DNA of 64,000 nucleotides from Nageia nagi (GCA_050084985.1 JBITNC010000002.1:3596001-3660000), one strand, 5' to 3'. Counted from the first letter of the stretch, positions 10,628-24,620 are shown. Numbers and translations: made by a program. The notes: generated by a model from the sequence alone, not told the origin.

Positions 10628-12416
10628 TGATGCACCTTATCAGGGTTGTAACTTTTGATCCGAGTGTCCAATTAAGCCTATTTTGTTTTTCAAAGCGTGC
10701 ATAATCAAATTTTCTACAAATTCGTAAGATCTCTATAGGAGATGATTTTTAAGGTCTGAAGAGTTCATTTTGCGATCCAAATTCAACTTTTAAATTTATT
10801 TTCTAATTTTAAAATTGTTCATGTAAGTTTATTATTTTTAGTATTTCATTTTTAGTTGATTGAATGGTTAACCCTTAGTGGATTAACTGATTTTTTTGTA
10901 ATCTTTCCTATTTAAAGGCCCAAAATTTAATGAAAAGATAGAGTGGATTTTCCACTTACATCATCTGGTATCAGAGCAAGTAGAATCCTACCTTGTGAAG
11001 GGGGGCTTACCCATTGGTAGTCCCACCTCCTCTTATTCGTAGTTATTTTGAAGGTATATGTATAATTAATTGTGAGACATGCATGCAAGTTTTGAAGGGT
11101 TTCTAGATAGTTTGATAATTTTTGGAAGTAGAGTTGAATAGATATATATTTTTTGGTGTGAGATCTATTAAAGTTTATGCCAGATATGTGTTCTCCTGCA
11201 TTTGAATACACTTTTAATTAAGGATGAAAGATTTTGTAGAAGGATTTGTGCATCCTTGAAAAAGAGAAATGGGAGAGTTTAGATGATGTAGATGGATGGG
11301 CTTAGAAAAGTATATGGGTTTGGTCTTATCCATAAACACTTGAATAATATTGATACTTGGTGTGTATAAAGTACTTCTAGAAGGCTTTATATAGATTTGA
11401 AGGAGAGTTTAAATGATGCAAGTGAATGGGTATTAAAAAGTCTACGAGTTTGGGTGTTATTCATAAACACTTGTAGATTTTCCTTTCACATTGCTCTCAT
11501 TTTGAAAATTTTTAGGGTTGAGTGTTAGCCATAAATAATGAGGGTTGAGTGTTAGCCATAAACATTGAGGGTTGAGTGTTAACCATAAATATTATGGGTT
11601 GAGTGTTAGCCACAAACACTGCAAATCCATCTTAGACATTGCTCTCTATCATTCTCTTAAGGATAGATTCTTATTCGAGGATATTATCACTTTATGAAAT
11701 AAGAGGATCTCAGGGGTTGAGTTTTTTTAATAGAGGAGAATGATGCTCCTTGTTAGGATCGTAACTTTTGATCCAGTTATTTGATTGCGCCCTTTTTTTC
11801 AAAGTGCATAGAATCAAATTTTATACAAATCCATAACATATCTTATAATAAATGATTTTTAAGGCCTAAAGAGTTCATCTTGCAACCCAAATTTAGCTTT
11901 TAAGTTTATTTGTTATTTTAAAGACTATTCATGTTAGTTTACTATTTTTAGTATTTCATTATTAGTTAATTGAATGATTAATTCGTAGTGGATTAACTAA
12001 TTTTTTTGTAATATTTACATTTAAAGGTTAAAAATTTAATGAAAAGATAGAGTGGATTTTTTAATAACATCATCTGGTAATGATGCACATTATTAGGACC
12101 ATAACTTTTGATCCTAGTGTTTGATAGAGCTTTTTTTTTCAAAGTCCCCAGAATTGGATTTTATACAAATCTACAATATCTCATGGAGGAGATGATTTTT
12201 AAGTTTTGATCAAGAGTTCATCATGTGGTCTGAATTCAACTTTTAAGTTTATTTTCTATTTGAAAGATTCTTCATGTTAGTTTACTATTTTTGGTATTTC
12301 ACTATTAGTTGATTGAATGATTAACCCTTAGTGGATTAACCTCTTTTTTTGTAATCTTGCCTATTTAAAGGTCCAAAATTTAATGAAAAGATAAAGTGGA
12401 TTTTCCAAATACATCA
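10628..12416 (+). mobile_element. Non-autonomous LTR retroelement (TRIM/LARD-like) with three LTRs: 10628-10963, 11741-12072, 12081-12416
   Basis: Each LTR of about 335 bp runs TGATG...CATCA. PBS TGGTATCAGAGC at 10966-10977; PPT AGAGGAGAA at 11732-11740; non-coding internal part of about 780 bp. Outer TSD TTGAA (10623-10627) / TTAAA (12417-12421). Confidence 0.9.
11515..11620. repeat. About 27-bp tandem repeat x4 (GGGTTGAGTGTTAGCCATAAA...) in the internal domain of the three-LTR element
   Basis: Four consecutive units seen directly; degenerate units near 11317 and 11450. Confidence 0.85.
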
Positions 12417-13449
12417 TTAAATAATTAATGGAATTCAATGCAAATTTTATATTAAATAGGGTAAATAAATATGAATTTCTCTTCAATATCTGGTTCTATG
12501 TTGTATAGTTTGCATATATGTTGGCTTTTAGGGATATGGTATCTATCACGATATGTAGTTGGTGTGATAAAACCCTCATTTGATCAAGGGAAAAATAGAG
12601 ACCATGTGATATGTGTAACTTGATGTAGTAAGGGATGAAAATAATACAATCATTTAATTTCATGTACACGTAAAGATAATGTAAGAGCTTTGGTAAATGT
12701 AATTTTCCTAGTTTAATCCAAGTTATCCTTAGATAAGATCTGAGTAGATTTCCTTCTTGATCTTTTTTTTGATATATTTGGTTGAAGATTGGAGGTCCTA
12801 TTTGGGAATTGAGAGAAAGAGGTAGTCACTAGATATCTAGGATAATGGAGCATAGGAGATAGGTTAATTATGAGTACCAACACCAATGAAAATATTTACT
12901 AGTAAGTTGCATTGAGAATGTGATCACTATGAGAGGATATCTCTTTGATTTAGGAGTTGTTGAAATCATGAGATGGATCTTACTCAAAATATTGATAACA
13001 TGGAATAGTATAAGAAGCATTATGGGGTATGTATCAAGATCATCTACAATGATAGAATGTGGGTTATTTATTTTGGCCCAAATGGATCTTAAGAGTATAT
13101 TGAATAAAACCCTATCAATGTGAGCCTAACCAAAGTGTCTCAAGTTAGGTCCCCCCAAAATTTACAACAATAAAGTAACATCAGAGAGACAAGAGCATGT
13201 AAGAGTTTAATTTTTGCCATGATCTTCTAGAACTAGAGTTGAAATTATTATCTCTCAAGTATGATAGTTGTAGCATAACATTTATTAAATCTATTATAGG
13301 AGGCTGGGATTAAGTTGAAAGAAAAACCTATGAAGAGCACACCCAAATAGGTGTATGAAGTGACTATATAAATAGGTTTTCTTTAGAAAATTAAGTGGGT
13401 TTTGGGATCATCTTCTCTTAATATATTTAAGGATACTACCTTCTTCTTC

Positions 13450-14400
13450 TTAATATTAACTTTGAGATCACAAGTGGTACAAAAGTACTTAGGGTGTCAA
13501 CATGTTTTTTAAGCCCAACTAATGTATGAGATGGTAGAATGACATCATATACAAAGATAAAAATAGAGATAATACAAACATGCTAAAATAGAGTAGGTAA
13601 GAGGGAAACCTTATTTCACATAAATAGTATTATATATCATGTCATATAAATAGTAACTAACTCAAACTTGGCCAACTACCTATTTGTATAATGTCATGGA
13701 CAAGGGTATGATATCTCTAAGGATCCCTAGCTTCTCAAGTCTATGGAAGAGGATGTATCTAGGGATAATATTAAAGGCTTTACAAAATTTGACAAAACAA
13801 TAATAAATGAATCCATTTGTAATCTTGACCTTCCTCAATGATGGCCCATATCTTGAGAATGTGATCGATAGTATAATAGTTTTTATAGAAGATAGCTTGA
13901 TCAGGTGTACAAAGATTATATTTTTCATCAAATTTAGAGATAAATTCACCAAGATATTTTTGCTAAGATGTGGTTGACGATAATTATTTGATAGGTTTTA
14001 GGATCAAGGTGGTCACCATAATTTTAAATAGAATGAGAAGAGATGTAGTTGAACATTCAAACCTTAGGTTTTTAGAGTCAACAAATTTACCAATTTGGAG
14101 TTTACATGGATAGCTCTCAAAATGATTTTATAAAGAAAGAAGTGCTAATGATGAAGCTTAGGGTTAGGAATAACAAAGGGTTGATTTGGGATGTTGTAGA
14201 GGGTATATGCATAGGTGGAACAAATATTCATCTTAAATGTATTGATGATTTCAAATATTTTCATAGTAACATATCTCTTCTTATTTCTAAGGAGGTTACA
14301 ATAAGTTTTTTAAGCCTATTTAGCCATTATGGGGTTGTTTTGTATAACAAAATATGTAAGTTTATGAAGGGACTTGCATTCATTATTGAACTATGAGTTA
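13450..14400 (-). mobile_element. Decayed LINE reverse-transcriptase fragment
   Basis: ORF 13680-13952 contains YCFVKFCKAFNIIPRYILFHRLEKLG, resembling the CFVDF.KAFD.VPR motif of non-LTR RT. Boundaries approximate. Confidence 0.6.
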
Positions 14401-15270
14401 TAAGGATAATGGCCATAGTGAGAGCAAGGGGATGGGTGTTGATGGTACAAGGGAAGGATTCAATGATAACTAGCCAAAGGGATTTAGATAAAAGAAATTA
14501 TGTATTTATAATAAACACACACCTTAAAGGTCATGAGGAATTAATTTCTCAAAAAATTCCAAACTAGACAAGAGTAATATTGAAAAACAAAACCCAATAA
14601 TGGATTCATTAAAAAAATATAGTTGTTGACACATAATTTATTACCCTTTTTGGACCAAACTATTTATCACATAACCCTTACTATGTTATATTTTGAATAT
14701 CACTTATGCTATACCTTAGACATTTCTCATGTATAATTCTCTTATTTTGTAGGTTGGACCACCAATAACAACACTAGCAAGCAAAAGTGCATTCAAGTAT
14801 ATTCCTAAAATTATAAATTGAGAATTATATGCATAGGAAGACTATCAATATTTCATCTTGATAGAACTGTGCATATCTCTCATAGACTTGGTGTTTCTAA
14901 ACACCACCTATAGAGATTGGAATTTGTTATACTCAAGAGCTATCTTCCACTCCTTCATGATACACATCGAGACTTGATTCATTAATCACTAGATCTGAAA
15001 TTGGTTTTCTCAAACCCCATATGATTCCTAGCATTAAGTTACATTTCTTTTCAGTTCTCGTGTTACAAAGATAGACACTTCAAAAGCTTGCATCCACATT
15101 CATGGTTATTTGTGCATATTGAATCAAGTTATAATAGATACTCAATGATCGCCTAGGAAAGTTATTTAATTCAATACTATTATTACTATCTTGTTCATCA
15201 TTATTTCTCCACTTCTTTATTTCTATTAGTTACTGAATAATGCACATAATAAAGTTCTTTTTTCTCATTA

Positions 15271-16236
15271 GGGTAAGTGCAAGAAGATGAGTCCCACTTT
15301 GGAGGAAGTCTTATGCATTGGTAGGTTTTTGTATTTGTTTAATAAATTCTTATTTTCTTGGAATTATGAAAAAATATGTGCATAATTTGCATACAATTCT
15401 TCCCAAGTTAAATAAAAAATAAATTAAAAATGATAAGTTTTATTAAAATTATACTTGTTGGACATGAGCATTTTTCAAAATGATTATCATGGCAAATAAA
15501 AAATTAATAAAAAATAAATGTTCATGAAAAAATATAAAAAATATCCTCCAAAATATTTAGTGTCTTAGGTATCTTTAACCAAAAGGATTTTAAAAAATAT
15601 TTTATTTTAGATCCAATTATGCTTGATGGACACGATGGGTATGGTCCTAAAATTGTATTTTTTAAACAATGGGTTTATATTTGTTTAATAACTTTTTATT
15701 TTTTTTAGAATTGTGAAAAAATAATATATGTACATAATTTGCATACAATTCTTCATAAGATAAAAAATAAAAAGGATAAGTTTAGGTCAAATTATGCTTG
15801 TTGGACATGTGTAATTTTTGAAATGATAATCACGGTCAATAAAAAATAAAATAGTTATGAAAAATTTACAAAAAAATATCCTCCATAATATTTAGTGTCT
15901 TAGGTATCTTTACCCAAAAGGATTTTAAAATATATTTTTATTTAGGTCCAATTATGCTTGTAAGACACAATGGGTGTATGGTCATGAAGCTGTATTTTTT
16001 AAATAGTGGCTTTTAAACATGCCTACCAAATATTAATTTATACCATCTAGGTATTAGAATTAATTACATATTTGAAAACTAGACTTTTAGAACGACATTT
16101 TTATCAAAGTGACCTTTTTCAAGAATCAAAATCTAAGTGCTTCAAATTTTGAGATCAAGTATGAGCAAGCCTAAAAATCAAAGAAAACACTTCCACTTTT
16201 GGGCCAAAAGTGGGACTCATCTTCTTGCACTTACCC
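15271..16236. mobile_element. Non-autonomous TIR DNA transposon with perfect 30-bp TIRs and a 4-bp TSD (ATTA)
   Basis: GGGTAAGTGCAAGAAGATGAGTCCCACTTT at 15271-15300 and its reverse complement ending at 16236. ATTA at 15267-15270 and 16237-16240. Internal direct repeat of about 345 bp (15331-15672 / 15677-16009). Confidence 0.85.
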
Positions 16237-16899
16237 ATTAATAAGTAGATATATTCGCATCATCCTTCACCATAATTTAGGGTTGCATTTAATCATCTAC
16301 AAATTAGTGAACCTGACTCTTTATTTTTCAAATCTTTAAGTTAGGGTTTGACAAAGTTATTTAAAAAAAACCTAGAATTTTCATTTTAGGGCATCCCTTT
16401 TTATAAGGTTTTTTCCATTGTAAAACCTAAGTTTTGATTTCTCTTTAGATTAAATATTTTTTTATAAAATTATTCAATTTTGTTGTTTTGATTTCATTGA
16501 AAAATTTAGGGCTTTTTATTTTGTGACAAAATATTTTTACATAAAACCCTATATTTTGACCTTCATTTTTAGAGATATTTTATATGTTTTTTTTAGAAAC
16601 CCCAAAATTACATATTTGCATCAAACTTGAACATTTGAACATAAACTAAACTTGGTCAAAATTTCTTTAAATTAGCCAAAATGAACTTCAAAGAAATCGA
16701 ACTAGCAATCATCCAATCAAGCAATCGATCCTATAGCTTACCAAATCGGACTATCGATCAGGATCAACACATTATAAAAGGTTACCTTTACCTCATTTGT
16801 CACTTCTAGTTGAATTTTATGGTAGATTGAGGTAATCTCTTTGTAAGTTTTATATCATGTATTTTTCTAATATTATTTACAGGTTCTAAAACATTCTTT

Positions 16900-19800
16900 A
16901 AGGAAATTGGAGCACATATATCTAGTGTTATGTATAGCAATGAATATTCGTAAATCGATGAATATAGGGAATTTTTGTATTTAAATATTTCTAATATGTA
17001 GACCTCAAATATAACACCATTTAGCCCAACATTTACAAGAGTAAAAAAATTCCTAGGTCAGCTTGCCAACATTTTAATTTTTTTTAATAAAGATAAGTGC
17101 AAATAGCTATTTACACCTCCTATATTTTCATAAGTAATCACCTTGAAATGTATGCTAATTAAATATATGCCCTAATTTACAAAGGTCCATGGTACCATGA
17201 CTGGATGATGCTCTTGAGATGGTGTTTTTCAAGTTTGGATTGTTTTTTAGATACTTTTTGATATGTATGGTACAATCATCTTCTATTATAGGCCATTAGT
17301 ACCCAATTTGTAGAAGCTTTGTGTAGAGTATGTTTTTACAAAGAAGTGACCTCCATACAATCCCTCATGTACTTACTCCAAGCTTGATTCAACTTCATGA
17401 TGTGTAAGGCATCTCAAGAATGTTCCTTCAAATAATCTACTATATTGGATATTCCTAATAATGACATATTTGATGGCTAATCATTTTAATTAAATTTTTA
17501 CATTCGTATCAAAGTTTTGAGAAACTATCTGATTCTTTAAATAATTGTAAATATCTTTATACCATGTTGGACTTATATATTCCTAAGTGGTTACATAATA
17601 AATTTAATAACAAATGATTATGTAGACTACAATCAATATATAGAGGCATACTTTTTTCTTGATTGTTAAGACTATCTCTTCATCTTCAATCTCAATGGGT
17701 GTCAATGAGGCTGCACTTACCATTGCATCAATGTATCTATTATTTATTCTTGGGATGTTCTCTATCTTGTACTTCTTAAAGTGTTCAAGGAGTATTACAA
17801 CAATGCTTTTATAAAAGATCAACTTCTCATCATTGGTATTGTAGATATCATTGAATTGATTGATATGACCAATCAAGAATTTGTATTAATCTGAATATTA
17901 TTGATTTTGATTAATATTGTATCCTGTAACCCAAGGATAAGTGCTTCATATTTAGCTATATTGTTAGTGCAATTAAATACAGTCTTATATTCCATCGGTA
18001 TAACATCATTAGAGGGAGAAACAAGGATGATAAGTGCCCTTGCACTACAAGTACACCTAGAGCCATCAAAGTAAAGGGTCCACTAATCAATTTTCTCTTC
18101 CACATGGTAGACATACTAATCCAAATTTTCTACATTGATCATTCGTATACCATGTGTTCCCTTATGAATGGTGTGTGCCTTTATGAACGGTGTGTGCTCC
18201 CTTCTTTCTATATATAGAAAGCATATTAATATGCAAATTATTTGTATAAAACATCATCATTATTATAAGGTAAATCAACCATCAAATTTTCTATATCCTA
18301 TTCTTTTATTACCTTTTACTTCATGAACAACAAGTCAAATTCTTATAATAATACGATCCATTTTTTTTTCTTTCTAAAAGGTATTATTTTTCCATCAAAT
18401 ATTTGAGGGATCAACCAAGTAAACCATAAATATATTGCAGTACAACATTTAATACCTCAATTTTCCTAAGGTAAATATAATTTTAAAATAGAGCTTCTCT
18501 ATTGGTTTATATCTACTCTCATAATCTAACAAGTTTTTTCCAAGGTAGTAAATTACCCTTTCTTTATTTGCATCATCTCTTTGACATAACATTGCCCCAA
18601 GGAATGCATTATAGTTGAAAGGTATAAATATATTAGTTTGGAAAAATATATGGGAATTAAAACTAGAGAATTGAGCAAGTAATCTTTAATATAATTAAAT
18701 GTTAATTAAGATTTTTATAAATTTGATATCCTTTTTTAAAACTAATTCAAAGAAGTACATCTAGCAACCAATTGAGAAATAAATCTTCAAACAAAATTCA
18801 TTTTACTTTATAAACTTATAAGTTTCTTGATATTATATGGTGGTGCCATGTTGGTTATGGCTTTGACCTTCGAATCTACTTCAATGCCTCTCTTTCATAC
18901 CATGAATCCAAACAACTTTCCAAAAGTGAATCCAAATGAATATTTTATGGTTTGACCCTTAATTTGTATTTTTTTTAATACATCAAAAACTTCTCCTAGC
19001 TTGTCTAAATGATCTTTGTCTTGCCTATACTTGACCAAGATATCATCAACATAAACCTCCATAGTTTTATGAATAAAACCATCTATCATAGTTACCATAG
19101 TACATGTTGATATATGGCTCATTTATTTTTTTATCCCAAATGGTATTACTTTCTAACATACATTTCCCCATGGAGTAATAAAGGTTATTTTATGTTGATA
19201 TCTATTGGATTAATTAGAATATGATTATACCTTTTAAAACCATCCATAAATGAAAAAACTTCATGGCCTATTATGTTATCCATAATCATATCAATATTTG
19301 GCAATGGGAAATAATCCTTAGGGTGCATTATGAATGCATCTAAAATTAACACATATTCTAACTTCTCTATTAGACTTGGTAAGTGGAACAATGTTGGACA
19401 TCCAATCTGAATAGTCAACATGTAGGCCTGATGAACTTTGTATGTAAGTATTTTTTTGACTCTTTTTTTACCACCAATGCTTTGAAAAGATACTTTTTTT
19501 TTATTGGGTTTACATCTTTTTAAGTCTCAAGCTATGCATAAAAAAGCAAGATCTAAACCAAGTATATCATTGTAAGATTAAAAAAAAATTACTATGTCTA
19601 AGGAAAATTTTATTATACCTTTCCGTTTCCTCTTTATTGAAGCTTGCTCCAATTTTTACCATTCTAGGTTGATTTGTAGTCCCAATGTTAACATCCACTA
19701 GCTAGTTTTCATCTAGAAATGAGAATTCAACCTCTTTTTGAAGAAAATAAGGAAGGGAATCCAAAATTTGAACTTGTAAAGCATCCTAATTATCTTCATC

Positions 19801-22400
19801 TTGTTGTGTATGATATACTTCACTAAAATTTCCTTCTTGTCCAAATTGTCCATGTTGGTTGAAAAATATAGCTTTAGTATTTTTTATTGTTAGATTTTGG
19901 TAATTTTATATGTGCTCCCATGTATTCTAATAATAAAAAAATAATCAAACTCTAAGGGAATATCATAATCTATCCATATATCTTCATAAATCTTATCAAC
20001 TAATTCAATCATATTTGTTTCTTTAAAAATCTTTGTACAACTTACAAATTTTTTTATCTAATTGAATAGATCCAAATTGTAATCTTTTTTTTGTCTTTTT
20101 GGATTCTAAAATTTCAATAAATAAAGTCATTTCTTGCTCAAATTTACCTAAACCACCTCCCATATAATTGCATTTTTCTTTCAAATATTTTTGAACAAAA
20201 GTAGTATTATATGATGAAGCGCTGATCTTACCCATTGATAAGTTGTTATCTATGCATGATTTTGGTTACACATCTAAATGACATCAGAACATGAATCTTC
20301 AATTTTCTCATCAGATGTATGATGTGTGTACCCTTGTTTATGGTATGTGCACCATTTGTAATGTACAATTTTTTATCTACTTAGGTCCTTGATTAAAACC
20401 ATGGTATCAAGATCTTGAATCATGTATGTTCCTAATATTGTTTCAATAAATATCACTTATTTATTTGCTTTAACTAAGTATTTTTTACTTTATTAAATAA
20501 GGAATCGAAGAAAATTGATGTGAGGGATGTCCATTACATCAAACTCAAGATCAACCAAACTACAAAATTCGTAAGGTTCTAGGTTTACTTCCACTATATA
20601 TGTTTATACATCCAACATGAATTTAAGATAAATATGTTCATTTCATGGATCCAAGGCCTTCCCAATAGAAAATTATATATCAATTTTCTTTCATGACATG
20701 AAATGAGGAATGCACTATTTTAGGGCTAAGCTGAGTAGGTAGAATAATTATTCCAAGTTCTATTTTAGGTACATTGTTAAATTTCCTTATTATGAATGTG
20801 GGCTTATCTAATGGGGGATTTTTATACCTTTTTTCTCAAGATATTAGAAAAACATGAATGAACAAATATTTACACTTGATCTTGGATCAACCATTGACTT
20901 TTTCATTTCCTATCTTTTTATGCATGGTTTAATATAAAGAACCAAATATTCATCAATATTTTCTTGTTTGGAAAACTCTTTATCATTAGAATTTTTCATA
21001 TTAGAATATTTCCAATAATGAACTTTTTTAGAAAAAGTAGAAGCTGATATGTTAACAGGAAATTTTTCATGCTTGAAAACTTCATTCAAAATCTCTCTAT
21101 GTTGCTTGGAATTCTTAATAAGCTTAAATAAATTAATATTTCTTATATATGTATTTTAACTACTCTAGCATATTTTAATACCTTGGATTTGATGGAATAC
21201 TTACTTGTTCATGTGTTAGAGGATTTGGAATGGCTTTAGCATGCCCTCTCTTGATGACTACATAAATATCCTCATCAAAAGTGATTATATTATAAGTGGT
21301 TTATTGATAAGGTTCATCCCTTCATTTTATTTCTTGGATTTCATACTTACTTTCAAAACTGAGATCCAATATGTCAACCTCTACTTCCTTGCATTTATTC
21401 ATTATATGACCCCTTATTTAATGATATGCACAATAGTGATTTTAATTTTGTGCTTCCAAGTTATCATCTTATGGTCTTATTTCTAAAGGATTCAACAATC
21501 CCTTTTTAATGAGATCGATAAGAATGTACCTTAGTTGGATCAAAAAAGTGAATCTATGCTCCCTTTGTATAGAAAATATTATCAATGAAGTTATTTCCAT
21601 CTTATGAAAACTTTTTAGACTCTTACTTGGCATAATACTTCCTTGGTTCTTTAACATATTTGGTAATTCAACACTTCAATGTGCCAATTTCTAATAATAC
21701 TTTGTCCTTAACTAATATTTTTTATCATAGTTTCAAATCCTAGCTCATCATTCTTTATAATATGTTGTTTAAAGATTGGAAGAATAACATTTGTAAATAT
21801 TCAATTGATCTCATTATCATCTAAACTACTTTTAGTAGATTGACATACCTTTTTGAAGTGTGGGATGAACTTTTTTAATGGTTCATTTTGCACTTAGTGT
21901 AGTGCACACATATTTGTTACTTTAATATCTTACCTAATATTATATTTATAATGGTCCAAGAAGACCTTGATAAGTTCTCGAAAGGAATGAATGGATCTAT
22001 ACTACAGCTTGTAGAACCATTGACTAACATCTCCTTTTAAACTCCTTTTGAAGAATTTAACCATCAACTTATCTTTTGTTCCTAATTTCAATATGCACAC
22101 CTCCTAAGAGCTAACGAGATGTTATTTTTTATCTCCTTCTCTATTGAACATCTCAAACTTTGAGGTTTTGAATTTGAGTGGAAGGGTAAAATTAAATATT
22201 TCTTCAAACAAATGAGTGGTGAAAATTTCATCATAGTCCTCACTTTTCTATTGAACAAGGACCATAGAATCAATATTCAATAGTTTCTTCTAAAGAGCAT
22301 CATATCTTTGATCTAATTCATGGGATACACTTGTTGAATGCTGTTATGCAACTTGGTTATTTTTCGTATGATGCCCTAGAGTATCCAAGTTCTGATTTGT
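16900..22400 (-). mobile_element. Decayed Ty3/Gypsy retrotransposon, Tat/Ogre-like (gag, protease, G-patch, RT, RNase H, second archaeal-type RNase H, integrase remnants)
   Basis: Protease MVDPRSSVNIC (about 20890); G-patch MGGGLGK (about 20160); RT PKDYFPLPNID, FSFMDGF and YVDDILV (18895-19421); WTLYFDGS (about 18083) and IPRINNRYIDAM (aRH). Many stops and frameshifts; LTRs not delimited. Confidence 0.8.
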
Positions 22401-23449
22401 AAAATCTAAATTATTCTTAATATATTGGATCATCGTTATGGGATCTATATTTTATACCATTGCAATGGAACATGTGCTCTATTTTTAGATAAAGAACACT
22501 TACAACAACATAAATTTTGTTGCAAATATATGTAAGATTTTTCTTGTGAGAATAAAATCTTTCTAATAAGTTAAGTACACCAAAATTTATACTATAAATA
22601 ATGAATTAAATAAATAATTTGCTACAAATTTATGAAATACCAATTATTTACCTTCTAGATATGATATCCTTTCACTAAAATAAGTTTTCTACAATAGTTG
22701 GACCTTTAGATGTACCAAGAGAAGGGCATAAGTATCCTTGCTACAATCCCACTACACAATGGGCCCTCTTCCTACAAGATATGAAATGAACTCAAATATA
22801 ATGCATTAATGCGAAGATAGAAAATAAATCCTTATATAGGTTGCATCAAGAGATTCCTTTGTTATTTAAAATTTGGTGGGACAATCTTAAATTCGATCTA
22901 TCCAAATAGTATGAGGATCTAATCTAATAGGAAATACTTTGCTTATGATCTTATTTTATCATTAAGACTCTTTGATAATTATGCTTCTTGATATTTACAA
23001 GAATTGCATTACTTCTGACACTTATTTTTTAACATTTGCATCTTTTTACAATAATATTTCTTGATACCTTAAATATGATTTTATAATAAATAGAAACCAT
23101 ATTTATGTGGCTACACACACAATGTAAAAATAATGGTTGATAAACTGACAAAGATGGATCTTACCTGATAAGTGTTACAAAGGATGTTCAAAGATTATTT
23201 TAGTTTTGAATTGGTTGTTGGGACTTCTTTCAATTCACAAATTAAATAAAATATTACAATACTATTTATTTTATAGTCATAATATTTAATTTGTTTGCTT
23301 AAGATATTTATGGTAAGCTAAGATTTACATGTTTATTCATTTAACACTTGTGAATTTCTAAGTCCCATGTTTATAAGTTTGAATGTGTATGATCACCCAA
23401 ATTATAAAATGTTAGGAGTTAGAAAGGGTACAACATAATATAATAGAAT

Positions 23450-24620
23450 TATCAATTTTGATGAATCTTCAAAGATCTTCAAATCAATAAGGGTTAATAG
23501 GATTAATGATATCCTTATCCTTTACAACCTACAAAATGATGAATAGAATTAGGTGTTAACCTTGATAAAATATCTTTGATGTGTGACACATCTTTATTGA
23601 TATTTGGATCCCATCAATTGAGTAGTAGAATTAAAAATGCCTTAATAGAAGATAGTATCATTTAATATCATAATTATAGAGAATAAAAAATGGAAACTCA
23701 ATTGGGATTCCAAATATTAGATGACTATGATGAAATATTGACCTTCTTTAAATATACTTTCTTTTGTTTATATATATTTTAAATAATATTGGCTAAAAAT
23801 ATTCAAAGGGTTCACTACCATATCATATTAGATTTTTACTAGGTTTTGGTGTATACCTAAGGCACAATATTATCTAGATTATGCTCTTGATGTATATATT
23901 CATCCTGTTAAAGTAGATTCACAAGATTGTCAAATACTGGTGTCTAATTTATGATGTTAAGGATCATTATAAAAGAAAATTGGTAGAGGATAGTGTTATC
24001 AAAATATGAGGTACTAGAGTGGCATCCTTTATCGATTTTTTTAAATCGTGGAGCAAGGTATGCAACTCAAAAGCTCCCATAAAGAATGATCACAATAATT
24101 TTATATTTTTTTAAGTTTATGAAATTAACTCTCTAGGTTTAGGATTTTTTTCTTTCCCTCAAACATAGTTTTTAACTTAATTAACACATCCTTGGATATT
24201 ATAGTCAAAATAAAATATCATACTTCATTAGAGACACTAAATATGATAATATCTTTGGTTTTTTAATCATATTTATCATATTTTTATGACTAATAAATAT
24301 TAGCTATATATTATGTAGAGTGTTATAACATATATCCCAATCTTCTTTAAACATGAGTTAGTTTTCCATCTAGAATAATTATTCCCTTAAAGTAGTTGGG
24401 AATTAGGTAATAGGAATCTTGGAGGAATGGTAGTTATTTTTCGGTTCATTCTTAAAGATGAAAATATTGTTAAAATAATTAGATTAAGTTTGTTCAAATA
24501 TCCTAATTCCAATAGGATATTTTCTTGATGTAAGGCTTCATAACATAATTAACCAAAAGAGATCCTTCTATGAGGATATAATTTCCTTTAATTATGGAAG
24601 AAAATAATCACAAAAAGTTA
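23450..24620 (+). mobile_element. Possible highly decayed hAT transposase remnant
   Basis: Weak resemblance to the TRWNSTY.ML motif (about 23695-23735) and to the KYP.L..MARDIL dimerisation motif (about 24497). No intact frame. Confidence 0.25.

Larger units (their letters stand above)
10340..12700 (+). mobile_element. Heavily decayed Gypsy (CRM/chromovirus-like) gag-protease remnant, interrupted by the three-LTR element
   Basis: KCDKCVT..YLGSIDNYFLS..IHP resembles the K.C.LIIDSGSTDN...HP protease region. Weak continuation after 12420. Confidence 0.35.

Noticed and set aside
11515-11620. Regularly spaced short repeats as a CRISPR-like array
   Set aside because: Eukaryotic TE context; the units are contiguous with no unique spacers and there are no cas genes.
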